A DNA stretch of 64,000 nt from the human T2T-CHM13v2.0 reference genome, Homo sapiens. Positions within the stretch are counted from its first letter, which is position 1, and each line of letters opens with the position of its first letter. The stretch lies in the NCBI RefSeq assembly GCF_009914755.1, contig NC_060926.1; one strand, given 5' to 3'. Both the position numbers and the translations under genes were made by a program. Shown here piece by piece: positions 1-14,891 of this stretch. A model generated the notes under the pieces. It was given only the letters and a program-made list of their open reading frames with translations, was not told where the DNA came from and did not search any database.

Positions 1-419
1 GTGAACAGAGCAGGATCATGTGGAGTCCTGGAGACTGAAATTAATTATCAGGGCAAAGGAAGTTCAATGAAATACTTTAGCAATGCTGAGGTATGATGTT
101 TCTTATGCTTTTTATCGTTAAAAACTGTGTCAGGTGAAGGTGGCAAAAGTGAAATCTGGGAGGCAGTTCTGAAACTATTAATAGAAAACGGAAAGCAGGC
201 AATGATGATGAGGACATGAGTGCACGCCTACTCAGTGTGATGTGAAGGCTACCGAATCCCAAACCCAGACAGAATTTTTTCACACCAAGTTCTTGATAGC
301 ATCTTTATGCTGTGCTTGAAAATCTTCACTACTGAGTACTTTCTTTCTATAAATAAGGAAATGTGGGGATAAAATGTTGTTGAATGCCTTTGTATTTTCA
401 GGTCTGAGATTGTGCAATT

Positions 420-580
420 TTCACAATGACTTTGAAGGTAGGTTCCTATAAGCCCCATCATACAGATAGGAGAACTGGAGCTCAAAGAAATCAAGAAAGT
501 TGCTTCAACCAACACCTGCCCCCAGGTAGTAAGGAGTAAAACCAGAACTGAAACCCAGCTCTGTTAGACTCGTTCTACTG
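420..580 (-). mobile_element. MIR SINE relic
   Basis: cccatcatacagataggagaactggagctcaaaga...gaactgaaacccagctctg resembles the antisense MIR core; boundaries approximate. Confidence 0.6.
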
Positions 581-964
581 ATTGGCTTAGTTTTCTCTAG
601 GTCTCATGACAACGTGGAGATGTGTTTTCTTAAGAGATAACCTATGTCCCTTTGCCATCAACATTTGTATCCTCAGTTAAGTCACTAGACTAGCCAGACA
701 TTGGAGGGAATGGAATGCAGATCATAGTAACGATGATGAATGGAGAGGGAGGTGAGTGAGTGAGTGGACTGGAGAAAAGAAAACATTTGGAATTCAGTAC
801 TTGACCCAAGAACTCAGGCCTGCATGAGGGGTCCAGGCAGCCAAGTACACTGGAGTATGACATTATAAAATGAAGAGGAATGGGGGAAATAGCAGCAACA
901 TAATGAATATTTATATTTACATAAATTTCTCCATAACCATTGCTTGGACAAAAAAGTGTCAAAG

Positions 965-1200
965 ATATATATATATATATATATATAAAATTTCTTTATA
1001 TAAATATTATATATAATTTCTTTATATAAACATTATATATAATTTCTTTATATAAACATTATATATAATTTCTTTATATAAACATTATATATAATTTCTT
1101 TATATAAACATTATATATAATTTCTTTATATAAATATAAATAAATTTTAATAAATAAAATTTAATAAATAAATATTATATGTAATATTTATTTATATAAA
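965..1200. repeat. (TA)n followed by an AT-rich 26-bp minisatellite (~5.5 copies, 991-1134)
   Basis: Unit TTTCTTTATATAAACATTATATATAA starts at 991, 1017, 1043, 1069, 1095 and 1121. Confidence 0.9.
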
Positions 1201-3941
1201 TATTAATCCAAATTCTCTCACTGCTTTCTTATAATCAGTTGTAAGTGTAATTGAATACATTGTTATGCACCATTTTACAAGGATGGAAAGTGAGGCCCTT
1301 AGTTTTGACATAAATTTAACCCCAGTCAGACACCTGGTGAGTAGTAGAGCTGCTCTATAGAGGGCTCCTCTCCTTAGTTTAATGTCTTTACCAGGGAACC
1401 AAAGGCAAATTTCCTCCATGTGGTTTTAGTTCACCACACAAGGGACCCCACCTGCCATGTTCAGGCTCTGTGCTCAGTGCTGGTGCTGGCTGGGAGATGA
1501 AGAGTATAGTGGTGGTATGAGTGAGTGGACAGGATGTATATAATTTGTGGATGGTGATTCTCACATGGCATGTGATAGCAAAAACAGAGGGGTGTACCCA
1601 GTGCTAGGGAAACCCAAAGTTCAGATGCAATATCTGTCTATGGGGGTGGGACAAATGCATCCATGAATAATGATGGAATTGAGTTACTGCTTCAAAGACT
1701 CCATGTGTGGTATGTCTCAGCTTGCAAGAAATGCCTCACTGGGAACTAGAGATCTTTCTGTCCCTTCTCCATCATGCTGGCCTCCTGCAGTACTGAGATG
1801 CACCAAACATTCTCACGCCTCTGTTATCCCTCCTGGAGACACTGGGTCCCTCCTTTCCCTGGGGTAACTCCTACATATTGTTAAAGGCCAATATACCACT
1901 CACTTTCTCTAAGAAACCCTGTCTGAATCTACCCCCTTTGAACTGAGTCAGTTCAGTTAGCATTACTGTGAGTATTAATGTCTGCATTTGCCATTAGAAA
2001 CTCTATGGGACACTATGTGGTCCTTCCACTCACTGCTGGGCACTACAGGGGCTACCTAGGACACAATTTCTACTCCACAGTCTGGTACAGTGGCAGAGTA
2101 GAAGCAATCAGAAGAGAATATTAATATTGTGTACATTGTGATGTACGCACTCTGCACACACTAATTTCAGCTAGAATGTGAGAAGCCAAAACATGACAGA
2201 AAAAGAAGCTTGGGGCTACTTTGGCATCCCTGGGCAGTAAACAACTGAATCAAAATTGAAAAAGCATCATTTGGGGTAAGAAGGTAGAGTGCCAACCAAT
2301 AGAGTGGCCTTGATAGGAACTAAAAGATTCCTGTTATTTCAATTACTACTAATACCTCTCCTATCTATTATTGATTTAACACAAATAATGTGCCATGCAC
2401 AATGAGTTCACATTGATGTGTCATAACTTTGTAAGTCTTAGCACATGTACTTCTCAAAGCAGTTTTCTCTAATGGATATAATTATCTTCATCCTATAAAT
2501 AATACAATCACCTTAGACCAAGGTAACCCAACTAACAAACTATGACCATCACAGTTTAGAATCCATTATGTTATCTATACCACAGTCCTCACTATTCCAT
2601 GAGTGGTGGCAGCTGTTGGTCTGTGGCCCCACTTTGGTCTGGGTGGAATCCTAGTTGAGATAACAGTCATAAGTGCATTGATGAGGTAGGGAGGGGAGGT
2701 GCTGAGAAAGGTGGACATTTGTGAAAGTCTCTTTGTATATGGACAGTTTCTTTTTAAAGTCAAGGTTTCCATCAGCAACATTTTGGTTAGGACACTTTAT
2801 TCCGTATAAATAAATTGTGAAATTGGGTTTTAAAACTAATTACAGAAAAGTATTATTTCATTTTCCTTTTCATTTCAGATCCTCAGATTCACAAAGAGTG
2901 TTTCTAGATCCTTGGAAAAAAAATTATCATTGTGTATGCTCAGGCTGAGGATTTTAATTACATGCTGAATAATACAAAAATTGAGTTTTCTTGGGTACTC
3001 AATTTTAAATAGAAAATCCCACCCCCTCCACATAATCACCACAATCCCACCCACAGAACATGGTATATAATGAATCAGTTTCAATTTGTAATTAAACAGT
3101 CTTACATGTTTTTCTACAATAAAAGCTCATTATAAAAGTTTTTGTAATTAAAAAAATAGAAAAAAAAACCCGCAAAAATAACCTAGAACAACACATTCCA
3201 AATAGAATCTCTATTAGATTTTTGGCATAATTTGTCAGATATGTTTACACATACCTGTTACATAAGTTTATCTAAATCATGGTTACTTGACCTTCACCTT
3301 GTTTTGCTTTGACAATAAGGAATTAAATGTTTTGTATAAAATCACTAAAATGATAAATATCACCAGCACAGATAAGGCAGTGATACATTTGCCCTCTTTG
3401 TTCAAATAACAAGTCTTCTTTTGCTGAGTATTTTTTTCCACTGAACCCAGTAGAAGCCTCAGAATCCTTCTCAACACAGACTTCTAGGGAGACAGTACTA
3501 TGTGGAGTTGGCATCATAATTATATCTATTTTTCATCTCTAATGTTGTGTCTGAGATAAGGAGATCAAGTGGTTCTGACTGTCAGGAAGACAAATCAAGA
3601 GAGATTATTCTAAGCCATCTGACATAGTAAGCCAGACATAGGTACTTGCGGTATTTTCACCCTGTCCCCTCCAGCAAAAGCTGACATATCACTAATGAGA
3701 GTTTTTACTTCTAAACTAATGATCAGTTCACTTTGACTCAGTGTGTGGTGATTGCTTGTAAACGAATAATTCCCTTGAGTCTAATTAGGGTGGTTCTAGT
3801 CTACATGTTTCCTGTTGAGACTAGACCTGGCAGATCTCAAGAACATTTCTGTGAACTGGACATGAAATAAGATGGGAAACAGTAACAGCAGTCATGAGAA
3901 TATGCACTAATTTTTCTTTCCCGCTCCTTCTTTGTTCCCAG

Positions 3942-4145
3942 AATCAGACGTTGCTGACTTTGATGGCCGAAGCTCACTTCTGTACAGGTTCAATCAGAAG
4001 TTGATGAGTACTCTCAAAGATGTGATCTCCCTGAAGTTCAAGAGCATGCAAGGAGATGGGGTCCTGTTCCATGGAGAAGGTCAGCGTGGAGACCACATCA
4101 CCTTGGAACTCCAGAAGGGGAGGCTCGCCCTACACCTCAATTTGG
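3942..4145 (+). CDS. CNTNAP5: CNTNAP5 internal coding exon (204 nt, phase 1-1; probably exon 5), start of laminin-G domain 1
   Basis: Polypyrimidine tract and CAG acceptor (3939-3941); G|gtaggc donor at 4146. Translates ..[67 protein letters not shown](G), a Caspr-family LamG sequence recognised as CNTNAP5. Confidence 0.95.
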
Positions 4146-6779
4146 GTAGGCTCAGACTTCCTCTTCCAATGCCAAGGGATGGAGAGCTCCTTTACTCCAC
4201 AGCTCACAGTGTCTGACACTTGCAGTGTATCTGGTGGAAGTCACTGGAGCACAATATAAGTGATATTGGTGGGGATAGAAATGTTTAAGGCATGTATAGC
4301 ATTCTTTGACACCATATAATATTGACATGTAGGGAGAGTTGCAAACTCATTGTTATGTATTTATTGACCTAACTACGTATTTATCCATTTAGTTTTCTTA
4401 GTAACTCAAACTCTAAAAAAACTTTCACAAGTTTAAGTATATACACATATTATAAGGAGGCTTGCTCAGAATCTATGCTATTAGGTACATATAAGAAAGT
4501 TAAGTTTCAGAGGGAAAATGACGGAGAAACATTTTGGTTGCTCCGGGTTATTTTGTTGGGGAAGAGGGGATCATATGTGTGAGGTGAAAAATCTAAGTTT
4601 CTAGGCATTCCCATGTCTTTTTAAGGGAAACTCTTTTCTTTAGGTGCCCTCACTGTTCCAGAGTAAGCCCCAGACTCACCAGATTCCATTAAACTTAGTA
4701 CAGAATGCCCTCCTGACTCCACACAGTTAGGACATGGCCTTCCACTGTGGGCTGGCATCCATCAGGGCCTGTTGCACTCCAGGCAGGTCGCGTTCATTGT
4801 CACCAACTTCTTATCCCAGAGAAGGAGGAGAGAGGCCCAGCCTCCTGTACATGATCAAAGGCACTTCTGAAGGAAGGGTAAGCTGAGTACAAAAGGCAGG
4901 AGCACAGTTCCCAAGGATGCAAACAAAAAAACACTCTTCTATAGAAAAAAGAAAGAAAGAAAGAGATAAGCTGAAAAAAAAAGTAAATGGCCGTTTTTCA
5001 TAAGAATGACTCCCTGCCTCCCATCTGATATTTACTAATATTAAAGGGAGAGGAAAATAGTTATCTTTTTGTCTTCACTATAAAATAGTAAAGAAGGAAA
5101 GAAATTGCAAAATGTAATTTGTAACCCTAAGTTGCATGGAAGACTGACAAAAATCCACAGTTAAATACATTTTAGCAATTAGCTGGAGAGACATAAGGAT
5201 GAATATTAGTGCCCCAAAACTAAACAATATAGGTTTTTATTTTGAGGCATTTCTGAGGATCTTCTTGGAGCCCCATGGTGACTATAGGCAGCGGTAGCAG
5301 AAAGAATCTCTAGATTTCAAAGTTTAACTCAAAATTGACACCTAATATATTAGATATACACACCAAAATACCTTTAAAAGTAGAATATCACCTAGAAGAG
5401 AGTGGTAAAAAAATTTGCTGGTAACCTCATTGGTTGTAATTACCATAACTAAAGAAGCAAGCCTCAGAGCTTTCTGAATGTTGGGCGTCCAAATACTACA
5501 CAAACATGCATCAATACATTTACTGGTTTTCAGTTTTCCAGAAAGGAGATCAGATGAATGAAGTTGAACCTCCCAGTTACAAGTGGCTTACATAGCATTG
5601 TGTGTTGGGGGTACAGTTACTATTACTTATCAATAGTAAAGCGAGTGTCTTCTACTGATAACATTGTGAAATATTTCAGTTACTACTATTTAGATTCCCA
5701 TTTCAGATATGGCATTTCACATCCAAAACTCTGCTCCAACATACAAAATCTAATGTTGTAAACCAGATACATTCATGGTGTGAATGGTAGAAATAGCATA
5801 GGTGTGGTCATGTAACAATTTTTCTTTTGATTACAGATGTGCAATCAAATTGTGTTTTTTATTTTATTTATTATGTGATTTATTATGGTGGATGTCTTCT
5901 GAGCCTCAGTTTCTTTATTTCTAATCTGGGGCTAATGACTTGTCTTGCAGAGTATGGACATGAAAACCAAGAGCACTGTAAATACATTTTCTATAGCAAT
6001 GAGTAAACATGGACAAATGCCAAAAAATAGAAGCTCCGTATTGCTCATTTATTCAAACAGTATCTGAATACCTCACACTGTGCTATGCTGGCTTTTCTGA
6101 AAATAAGTGGAATATTAAGATAAATAGCACCTACTCCTTGCTATGTTACATAGATGGCAGGATAAGTCTTTCTTCCCAGTTTCCATCTTCTCTATATTTC
6201 CAACCATGGTGGTGATTAAGTAAAACCTTACTTGATGGAGGATTAAGTAGTAAGAACATATTTTATCTATATTCTGCATAGTTTTAAGATTTCTTCATCT
6301 TTTTTATCTGTCTCTGCAGCTTTTCCCTTTCTATCAGTTTACCACAGTTGAGTGTTTTCTGTACTTACCTGTTTTAAGCAGTCACCTAGGATACTTCTTA
6401 AATAGCATAAGTTTCTAGGTTCCTCTTCTAGAGAAACACTGCCACAGATTAGTACTTTAGTCCCTCCTACCTCATTACAGCTAGAAGATCTCTGGAAGCA
6501 CTAAGCAAAGGGGAGTGGTAATAGCTTTGCTTTGCCCATAATGGGAAATCTATAATGTAGGTTTCATAAACACCAGGATAACACCTTGTTCACTTCTGTA
6601 TCTCTAGCCTCCAGGAGAAACTCTTCCTAAAGTAGGTACTTGAGGCAGATTGAGTACATTAGGAACAGGGTTTTCATCTCAAATTTCATTATTCCTGTTG
6701 GGCTTGTTCACCTTCAAGCCTGCACTGCTGACTCCTCCATGATCCACCACTCTCTCTGACAATGGGGTATATTTACAGA

Positions 6780-6960
6780 ATATTCACAGTGTGGTAATGT
6801 CCAGTCCGATCCTCAAGGAAGACCTATGGCATAAGTATACATTAGCCCCCATTTACAGATATGAAATAGTAGACTCAAAGAGGATAAATTACTTGTCCCA
6901 TTTATACAGATAGTGATTAGTGTAGCTACTATTACCATCTCCAGGTGTTTTACTATTAAT
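6780..6960 (-). mobile_element. MIR SINE relic
   Basis: cccccatttacagatatgaaatagtagactcaaagaggataaattacttgtccca matches the MIR core; approximate. Confidence 0.6.
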
Positions 6961-7452
6961 TTTAGATTATAAAATATATATCAGTTTTAGAAAACCGGAA
7001 AATAATATAAAAAAAAGAAAAATCCAACTCTTACAACCTGGTTATCTCTTTTATTAACATTTTAGTATCTTTTAAGTATTTATCTTAGTTATTTATATGA
7101 ATTCTTTAAATATTATTCTAAAATACTGTTGTTTTCCTGTTGTCACACAGCCTTAAAGGGGAAAGGGTTTATAACATCCATGATCAGGATTGTTCTTTTA
7201 AAAAAATGAATCAGAAAAGCAAGAGAAATACAGGAGAGGTGAGAGAGACAGAGAGAAAGAGAGGCAGGATTCAAGTTAATGGGTTAAAGAATAGTGCTGG
7301 TCAAATAAAGGAGAGAGTTTTGGTTTTTCCCTCTCCAGTTTATATGGACATTTCAGCAGTGTCTCCTTTAGTGACAATTCTTCATCTGCAATGTTTATTC
7401 ATTTTCTAATCAGTTACTTGCAATTCAGAAATTCAGGCTAAGAGTGAAGAAG

Positions 7453-7473
7453 TTCAGCACCACGGTCAGCTGC
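7453..7473 (+). promoter_or_regulatory. Candidate RE1/NRSE (REST binding site)
   Basis: TTCAGCACCACGGTCAGCTGC vs canonical TTCAGCACCACGGACAGCGCC: 18/21 identical with canonical half-site spacing. Confidence 0.65.
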
Positions 7474-8249
7474 TCAGGATGGCACTGGGGACATACATAG
7501 TGTACTGTTGTTCTTCTCTAGTGATGCTCTTTGATGAGTATCCAATTTACATTACATAGTTACCCTAACCCTTACTGTGTCTGGCTTGGGTAGAGACAGT
7601 TCTATGGCAAAATTGAACTATGTGGTTCCTCTTTGCCTACTTTCTTAAAGTAGAACATTGATATTTTTCCAGAACTACTAGATGGGAAAGAGATTTCTTC
7701 TTTCAATCCATAAGGGGTTAGATATGTTTCCTTTCTCACTTTTTACACATCTCATTCAAATTGCCCATGGCAGTCTGCCCTCTGCCGAATTACAATAGTC
7801 TGAACCCATTCATGCAGGTAGAGAATCAAAGAGCAGAGATATTACGTGACAAGAGAACTGTTGTAAGAATAAAGAAGACAACAATAGTACATGCAGGTCA
7901 ATCATCCTTATAAGAGCCCAGTGCCTTTTAACTGAGGCAGGATGTTTATGCAATCCCCAATACATACAGCTGTAGCAAAGTGAGACTCAAGTGAGACTCC
8001 TAGAATAGAACAAACATCTGAGGAGCACCTGGGGGCCGAGTACAGGGTTCAGGCGCCAAAGCATGTGATTGCATAATCAACCACTGAGATGCCAGAGAAA
8101 GTTCTTTCCATTCTCCAAAGAGTCAAATGAACATTTAATTTAGCTCTTTTGAAACTCAGGCATTTTAGTCAGCCAACTCACACATATTTATGGAATGTTT
8201 ATCATGTTTCTCAAATTGTACTAAATACTATAAAAGTTTTTTTTTAGTT

Positions 8250-8460
8250 GCCATTTTTTGAGAGCCCACATTTAGGCATTGCATTAAACATTTAAAATAC
8301 ATATTTTATTTAAATTACATGACAATCCTACAATCTGTATCCAAACCCATTTACAGATGAAGAACTGCTGGTCAGTGATTCCCAGTCAGTGGCTCAAGGT
8401 CACATAGCTGCAAAGCTGTAGATATGGGATTATAACCTTATTCAATCCTACCCCAATTCT
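8250..8460 (-). mobile_element. MIR SINE relic
   Basis: cccatttacagatgaagaactg...gctcaaggtcacatagctg matches the MIR core; approximate. Confidence 0.6.
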
Positions 8461-9469
8461 CTGACATTAATCACTAAAATGTAATAAACTTTTATAAAAC
8501 AAATAATAAAAATTATAAAACAATTCATAAAAATGTTAAATATCAGGCAAACAATATGTATGTGTTAAGTTCTGAGAATGGAGAGATCAGGAAGGAACAG
8601 AGGGATCCAGGATCAACCTTGAGTAATCTGGAGATTTTATTATGGAGAGGGGAGAAAAACAGGTATTTCATACAAAGAATCAATGGGATAAAATGCATCA
8701 CATTTTTCATAAATTCTGTCATTATGCAATAAGAATAGGTTAAACAAGTACAGTAAATCAGGCACTGAATTCTGCACTGGGGGTTAAAAGTTGGATTTAT
8801 CAGTCTCTATTTTCAAGAGGCTGTCAGCCTGGTAAAATAGTTATTTCTACTTACTTTTTAGCTTGGTTATATTAATTGGAAATAAAATAACTATGCATCA
8901 TCAAAATCATATAACAAATGTATTAAGATAATGTTTTCGAAGATAGCAAAGTCACAGAAGACGGACACAAGTTAGACACCAGAGTAGAGCAACAACTCCT
9001 AAATCTGGAGAGTGTTTTTAGTCAATACAATCTAGAAATTTCTTAACAGCTAAGGACATGTGTTTCATTGCTTTAGAGAAACATAGAGACTTGCTCTGGA
9101 TTGAGAGTCAAGTCCATTGAATCACATTGCTTCCTGTCCGTTTCTTATTTTCTTCAGGGCTCTCACTTGGATACTTAGGAGACCATTCAATAGCTTTGCT
9201 TATTGCCCAACAAAGTTGAAAGGGGGTACCTTTACAATACTGGCTGGGACAGGGAGGTAAAACTTTTCTTCTTATTCTGTGTCATGTCCTCCCTTCTTAG
9301 TGTTGCCCCATTTTACTTTTCTACAGCTCCCTGTTTTCCAATCCATTAAATTCCTTTGCAAAAGAATGCCCTCCATTCCTACTAAGCTACATAACTTACA
9401 TGCATATATGGGAGATACAGATAGTAAGAGCGTAAGAAATGAGGGAGAATGAGAGTATCCATTTTTCCA

Positions 9470-9660
9470 CTAAGAGTAGTGAAGACAGTTTTAGCTTTGG
9501 AGTCAAATAGAGTTGGGTTGTAACCCCTATTCTTTGAGTCCTTAGGTAAATCTTGTGGCTTCTTGGAGACTCACCTTTCTGCAGGGTTATTATAGTCAGA
9601 AATAATTATAACAACATATGTGAAGTGTTTAACTTGTGTGAGAAGCTTAAGAAATACAAG
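9470..9660 (+). mobile_element. MIR SINE relic
   Basis: gctttggagtcaaatagagttgggttgtaaccc...gagtccttaggtaaatcttg is MIR-like; approximate. Confidence 0.5.
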
Positions 9661-11949
9661 TGAATATCAGTGTTGATAGCCTGACAAATTAAAGGTGGGT
9701 GGGAAAGTTGATTCTGATGATCTGATAGAGGCAGTCATGAGGGAATTCACGTGACTAGCCACCTATTTTATCAAGAGTAAATCAAACCCTTTTCAAGAAT
9801 GACTTTTTTTTTGTCAAATACAATCTTAAACATGAGAGTTCCCATCCCCTTTTTCTCAGGCTGTCTGAAATTCACAGATTATGAAAGTTAAAGTGGCATC
9901 CATGTTTGAACAGTTAAGATAAGACCTAGAAAGAAGATTTAATCAAACAAGGCATTTGGTTGAAAATACTGCAACATGCATGCCCTTTACCAGAAAATGT
10001 GAGTTCTAAGTAAGGATGAAAGAATTGGCATGCTTATCCACAGCATCTTGGGGTGGAGGGAGGAGAATAAACTGGTAAATTAAACACTTTTTGCAAACAT
10101 TTCAAGCTTCCTATAAAAATTGTTATATTTCTTAGGGCCTTGGGTAGTATATATCTTATTTTGTTTTAACTATATTTTAAACCCCATGAAAACAAGTTTT
10201 TATTTCATTAGAAATAATTATTTCCCTTATCTATTTCTGTCCCAAAAGTTAGTTTCTGTATAGTTTTATTGTTTTTGTCCTTCACAATTGCCCATGAAAA
10301 TTTTTATCTTTGTCTTACGAAATTAGAAACAAGTTAAAACTAGTAATTGAACCTCAAATGCCACTGAGATAAAACTTAAAATAGATATTCTAAGATCAAG
10401 AGTTTGATAATTTCGTGAGAATTAAGTGTTTTGTGATCTCTAATAATGGAAATTTCTAGGGAAAATGAAACATTTCTGAGGACCACCATCCTACACTTCT
10501 CATAAATACAATTCTAAACATCCTTTTTTAATGAAGAGCAGAAATTTTGTTTTCCCAATTTTTTAACCAAATCAAGTTTCACTAAACTTGTTTTGATATA
10601 AGATATCTGAGTGTTGGTATAGCATAACTAATGGAAAAAGAGTGATGAAATTTATCCATATGTGCTCCTTTTTGGTTAATTAATAAGTAACTTGTAATTC
10701 CCAAGAGACTCAATAATTACACGTCAGTGATATATAGTCTTCAACAAATATACTATGCAGCGTGAGGATTGTGTTTTTAATGAAGTTTATTTTTCTCATT
10801 ATCCAAAATAGTTATGCTCACCCTAAAACACACAGAAAAGAAAAAAAAAATGATTATGATAAATGCATTCTTCAGTTTTATCCGCACATAGTGCTTATTT
10901 GTGCCTTTTCCAGAATTGTTTTTAGTCTAGATTTTGTATTTTTGTCTTCTGCTCATGTATATTTTAAATCAGTATAGTCTAATTATTGAGTATTCTATTT
11001 ATTAAATATTACTTTTAATTTTATCAAAAAGGGCAGTCACTACTGAGTATACTTTTGAAATAATGTAAGTATTTTATAAATATCATTTTGATGGCTATTT
11101 AATATAATACTTCATCTGGTGAGTCTACATAAATGAACTCAGATTTTTTTTTCTCCTTCCAAATTATTGGACATTATATCCAATTTTTAAATCACTAGCC
11201 ACTTAAACACTTTTCCACAACAAAAAGTTGTGAACATAAGTTTAAGTCCCTTGATACTAACTGAAATGTTTCTCCATAGAATTGGTGGGACTCAATTTTG
11301 CATTATCTTTGGGCATATATATATATATATATATGTACTAAGTAAATGAACAATGTAAACAAGGAGCAATGCTAATCCACTTTTGAGGAAAGGTCAACAA
11401 ATTGCTTTAAGTATTCATAAAAATTTCATGAGCTACTTTGCATAAAATGATAAGTGTGTTAATTAAGTTTATGGTTTCATTAGATGGAGTAAGTGAAAGG
11501 TAGTCACTATTTAAGAAGAAGTACTTTTATTTTCCTAAAGTCTTAAAATTATAAGGAGAAGAATTGTTGGATGCAATGAGAGTGGCAAACTTTCTGAGCC
11601 AAAGTTAAGACCCAGGAGAGAAAGGGCTGACTTTAGACCTTGAGGAGGGTAAAGGTAAAGTTACTGATGCTAGCTCTGCTTCCCGCAGTGGAGATGTTCC
11701 TGCCCATTGAGATGGTGGTGATGATGGTGGCAGTGGATGCAAGAAGGGTACAGTGAACAACAACCGACATAACCTACTACTAGAAGCTTTAGGATTTGAA
11801 GGTCCCAATCATGTACTTAGAGAACCTTGATCCAGTCAACATAACAAATACCACCCTATCCAATTTACTAGCGTTCTCCTGCCATTTTAAAGTTATACAA
11901 TCTATTTCACTAAATAAGGCCACTCAAGGATTTTAAAATAGTGGAATTT

Positions 11950-13060
11950 AGACAATTGGTAGCCATCTCAAAACATAAAGGTAGAACTGTGCCTCATACC
12001 ATACATCAGAATAAATTTCAGTTGAAAGTACTTAGGGAAAACTAGAAGAATTCTTCAATGATCTCAGAATAAGGAGAACCTTTTAAACTATTATACAAAT
12101 CCAGAAGCTATAAAAGGAAAATGATAGATTTGTTCCCAATACACAAATACCTGAGTGGTGAATTTAAAAAAATCAATCAAACAAACAAAAACAGAAAAGC
12201 AGCAACAAACACAAATAAAGAAAGGCAAAAAGATATTTTCAAAATTCGTATCACAGGCAAAATATAGGAAGAGAGTTCAAAGAAAAGGAAATAAAAATAA
12301 AAAGATTTTCAACCTTATTCTTATTAAAAGAAATGCATATTAAAATTTCAGAAATGCACTTTTTTAACCTACCAGACAGCCAAATTTTAAAGCTAGACCG
12401 TATGTTGTTGGCAAGCCTGTGGTAAAGGCACTCCTAGGCATTTAAATAGTCATGGTCTTTATATAGGACAATTTGGCAGTGTTTGCAAAATTGCCAACAT
12501 GAAAGCCTTTGTCCTCCAGTTCTTTATCTAAGAATGAACGCTACAAATACGCTTGTGCCCAAGCGAGATAATATCCACATAATAAAGTATCTCAACAGTT
12601 TTAAAGATCTAAAGTAAATAGAAACATCTAAATTTATATCACTAGGAAGCTCATTAAATGAAATGTGATATGCCCTATATATCATATATATGATTATATA
12701 TTATTTATATATAATTATGTATCATATGTATATACATCATATGTTATATTTATATATGTATATATATTAGAGCATGGAATACTATGCAGCTATAAAAAGG
12801 ATGGGAAAGCTCTTTGTATTCTGATAAAGATTTTCAGGATAGATGAAATAAAAATGGAAAGTTGGAGATAAATGCACATTCTATTTTACCATCAGTGTAA
12901 AAAATTAAATGAGTAGAAATAAAGAAAATCTATCTTTGCTGCTTGCATACACCTAATATTTTTCTGGAAGCACAAGCAAGACATTAATAGCGGTGATTAC
13001 CTGGGGCTATGGAAGATGAGCAGATGGAGGAAGTGAGGAAGGGAGGCAGGGAGGGTGTTT
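11950..13060 (+). mobile_element. Ancient L1M (L1MC/ME-class) 3' fragment
   Basis: Degenerate ORF2/3'UTR-like text (cctcataccatacatcagaataaatttcag; ggaatactatgcagctataaaaagga; gtgattacctgggg). Confidence 0.6.
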
Positions 13061-13269
13061 TACTATACCCAAAGTTACATAAAAAATAAAATCAGTTTGA
13101 CTGATTCATAATATTTATAAAATTTATCTTTTGAAGCAGGATAGGGTGATTAAAATATTTTAATTTATTCATTGTTATTATTGGCTCTATTAAAGAACTT
13201 AGTAGTTGATTAAAGGCCACAAAAACAGCACATAGAACAAATAAGTTGGGGAAAGGGTGTAATTCCTTG

Positions 13270-13271
<2 letters not shown>

Positions 13272-13312
<41 letters not shown>
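13272..13312. repeat. (GT)n microsatellite (~20 units)
   Basis: Uninterrupted GT run. Confidence 0.95.
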
Positions 13313-13313
<1 letters not shown>

Positions 13314-13772
13314 TGTATAATGACTTTAAATTTTCAAATGTTTAATATTTGGACTTATTATTAATAAATTTTTGTTCAATGCCTTTCTTATTTTAAGAAA
13401 AAAGTGAGATGCAGCTCAATTTCAAAGTGAAAACTCCAATATTAAATCTACCTGCCTTGTTACATCTAGAAATGACAGTTTATAAAGCATAGTTTCCTTC
13501 AGCCAATGTTAGCTCCTGAGTCATTTCATTTTATACATAAAAACTGTGTGTGGGGTGGCGGTGGTGGTGTTCTTTGTTCTATCTCCGTCACCTGGAGGCC
13601 ACCTCCTGCCAACGCCTCATAATTACTTGGATCCCATTCTTCCTGTACTCTTCTTGCCTGAACCCCTTTATGCCCCATCTATCCAGATTATGGCCAGTCT
13701 TATAGCCAGTCTTACCTTCTAATCCAATTCCCACACAGCTGCCAAAATAACCTTTCTTAAAAGTAATCTGCT

Positions 13773-14090
<318 letters not shown>

Positions 14091-14494
14091 TACAGTAATC
14101 TGCATTAGTAACCTCTGCCTACTCAAAGTTCCATTTCTTAAAAAAGGTGTAAACTGTGTGACCTAGCCTACAAAGTCCTGCATAGTGGGATCCAGGCCGA
14201 CGAGCTCCTGGCACTCAGCCGCTGGAAGTCCTGGGCCACGCTTCCCTACATCTCTAAACCTGGCTGCTGCTTCTCCTGGCCTTGCAACCATGCTCCTCCT
14301 TCCCTCAGGTTTCAGCCTGTCCCTGCTGCATAAGGAGGGTTTCACAGCACCGCACTCTGCATTTCCATGGCCCTGTGCACTGAGTGCTGGAAACCTGCAT
14401 ACATTTTATAGATTTATTTGATGAGCATCTCTACACTAAGACCACGAAGACCTTCAGAGAGGACAGTATACCTTTAAACTCTATGTCTCCTTAA

Positions 14495-14891
<397 letters not shown>

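Noticed and set aside
991-1134. Regular repeats as a CRISPR-like array
   Set aside because: Head-to-tail units with no unique spacers, in primate DNA with no cas genes; a minisatellite.
4146-4216. ORF-track extension of exon 5 ([12 protein letters not shown]...), and similar extensions around exons 6 and 7
   Set aside because: Read-through past canonical splice sites; LamG similarity stops exactly at the GT/AG boundaries.
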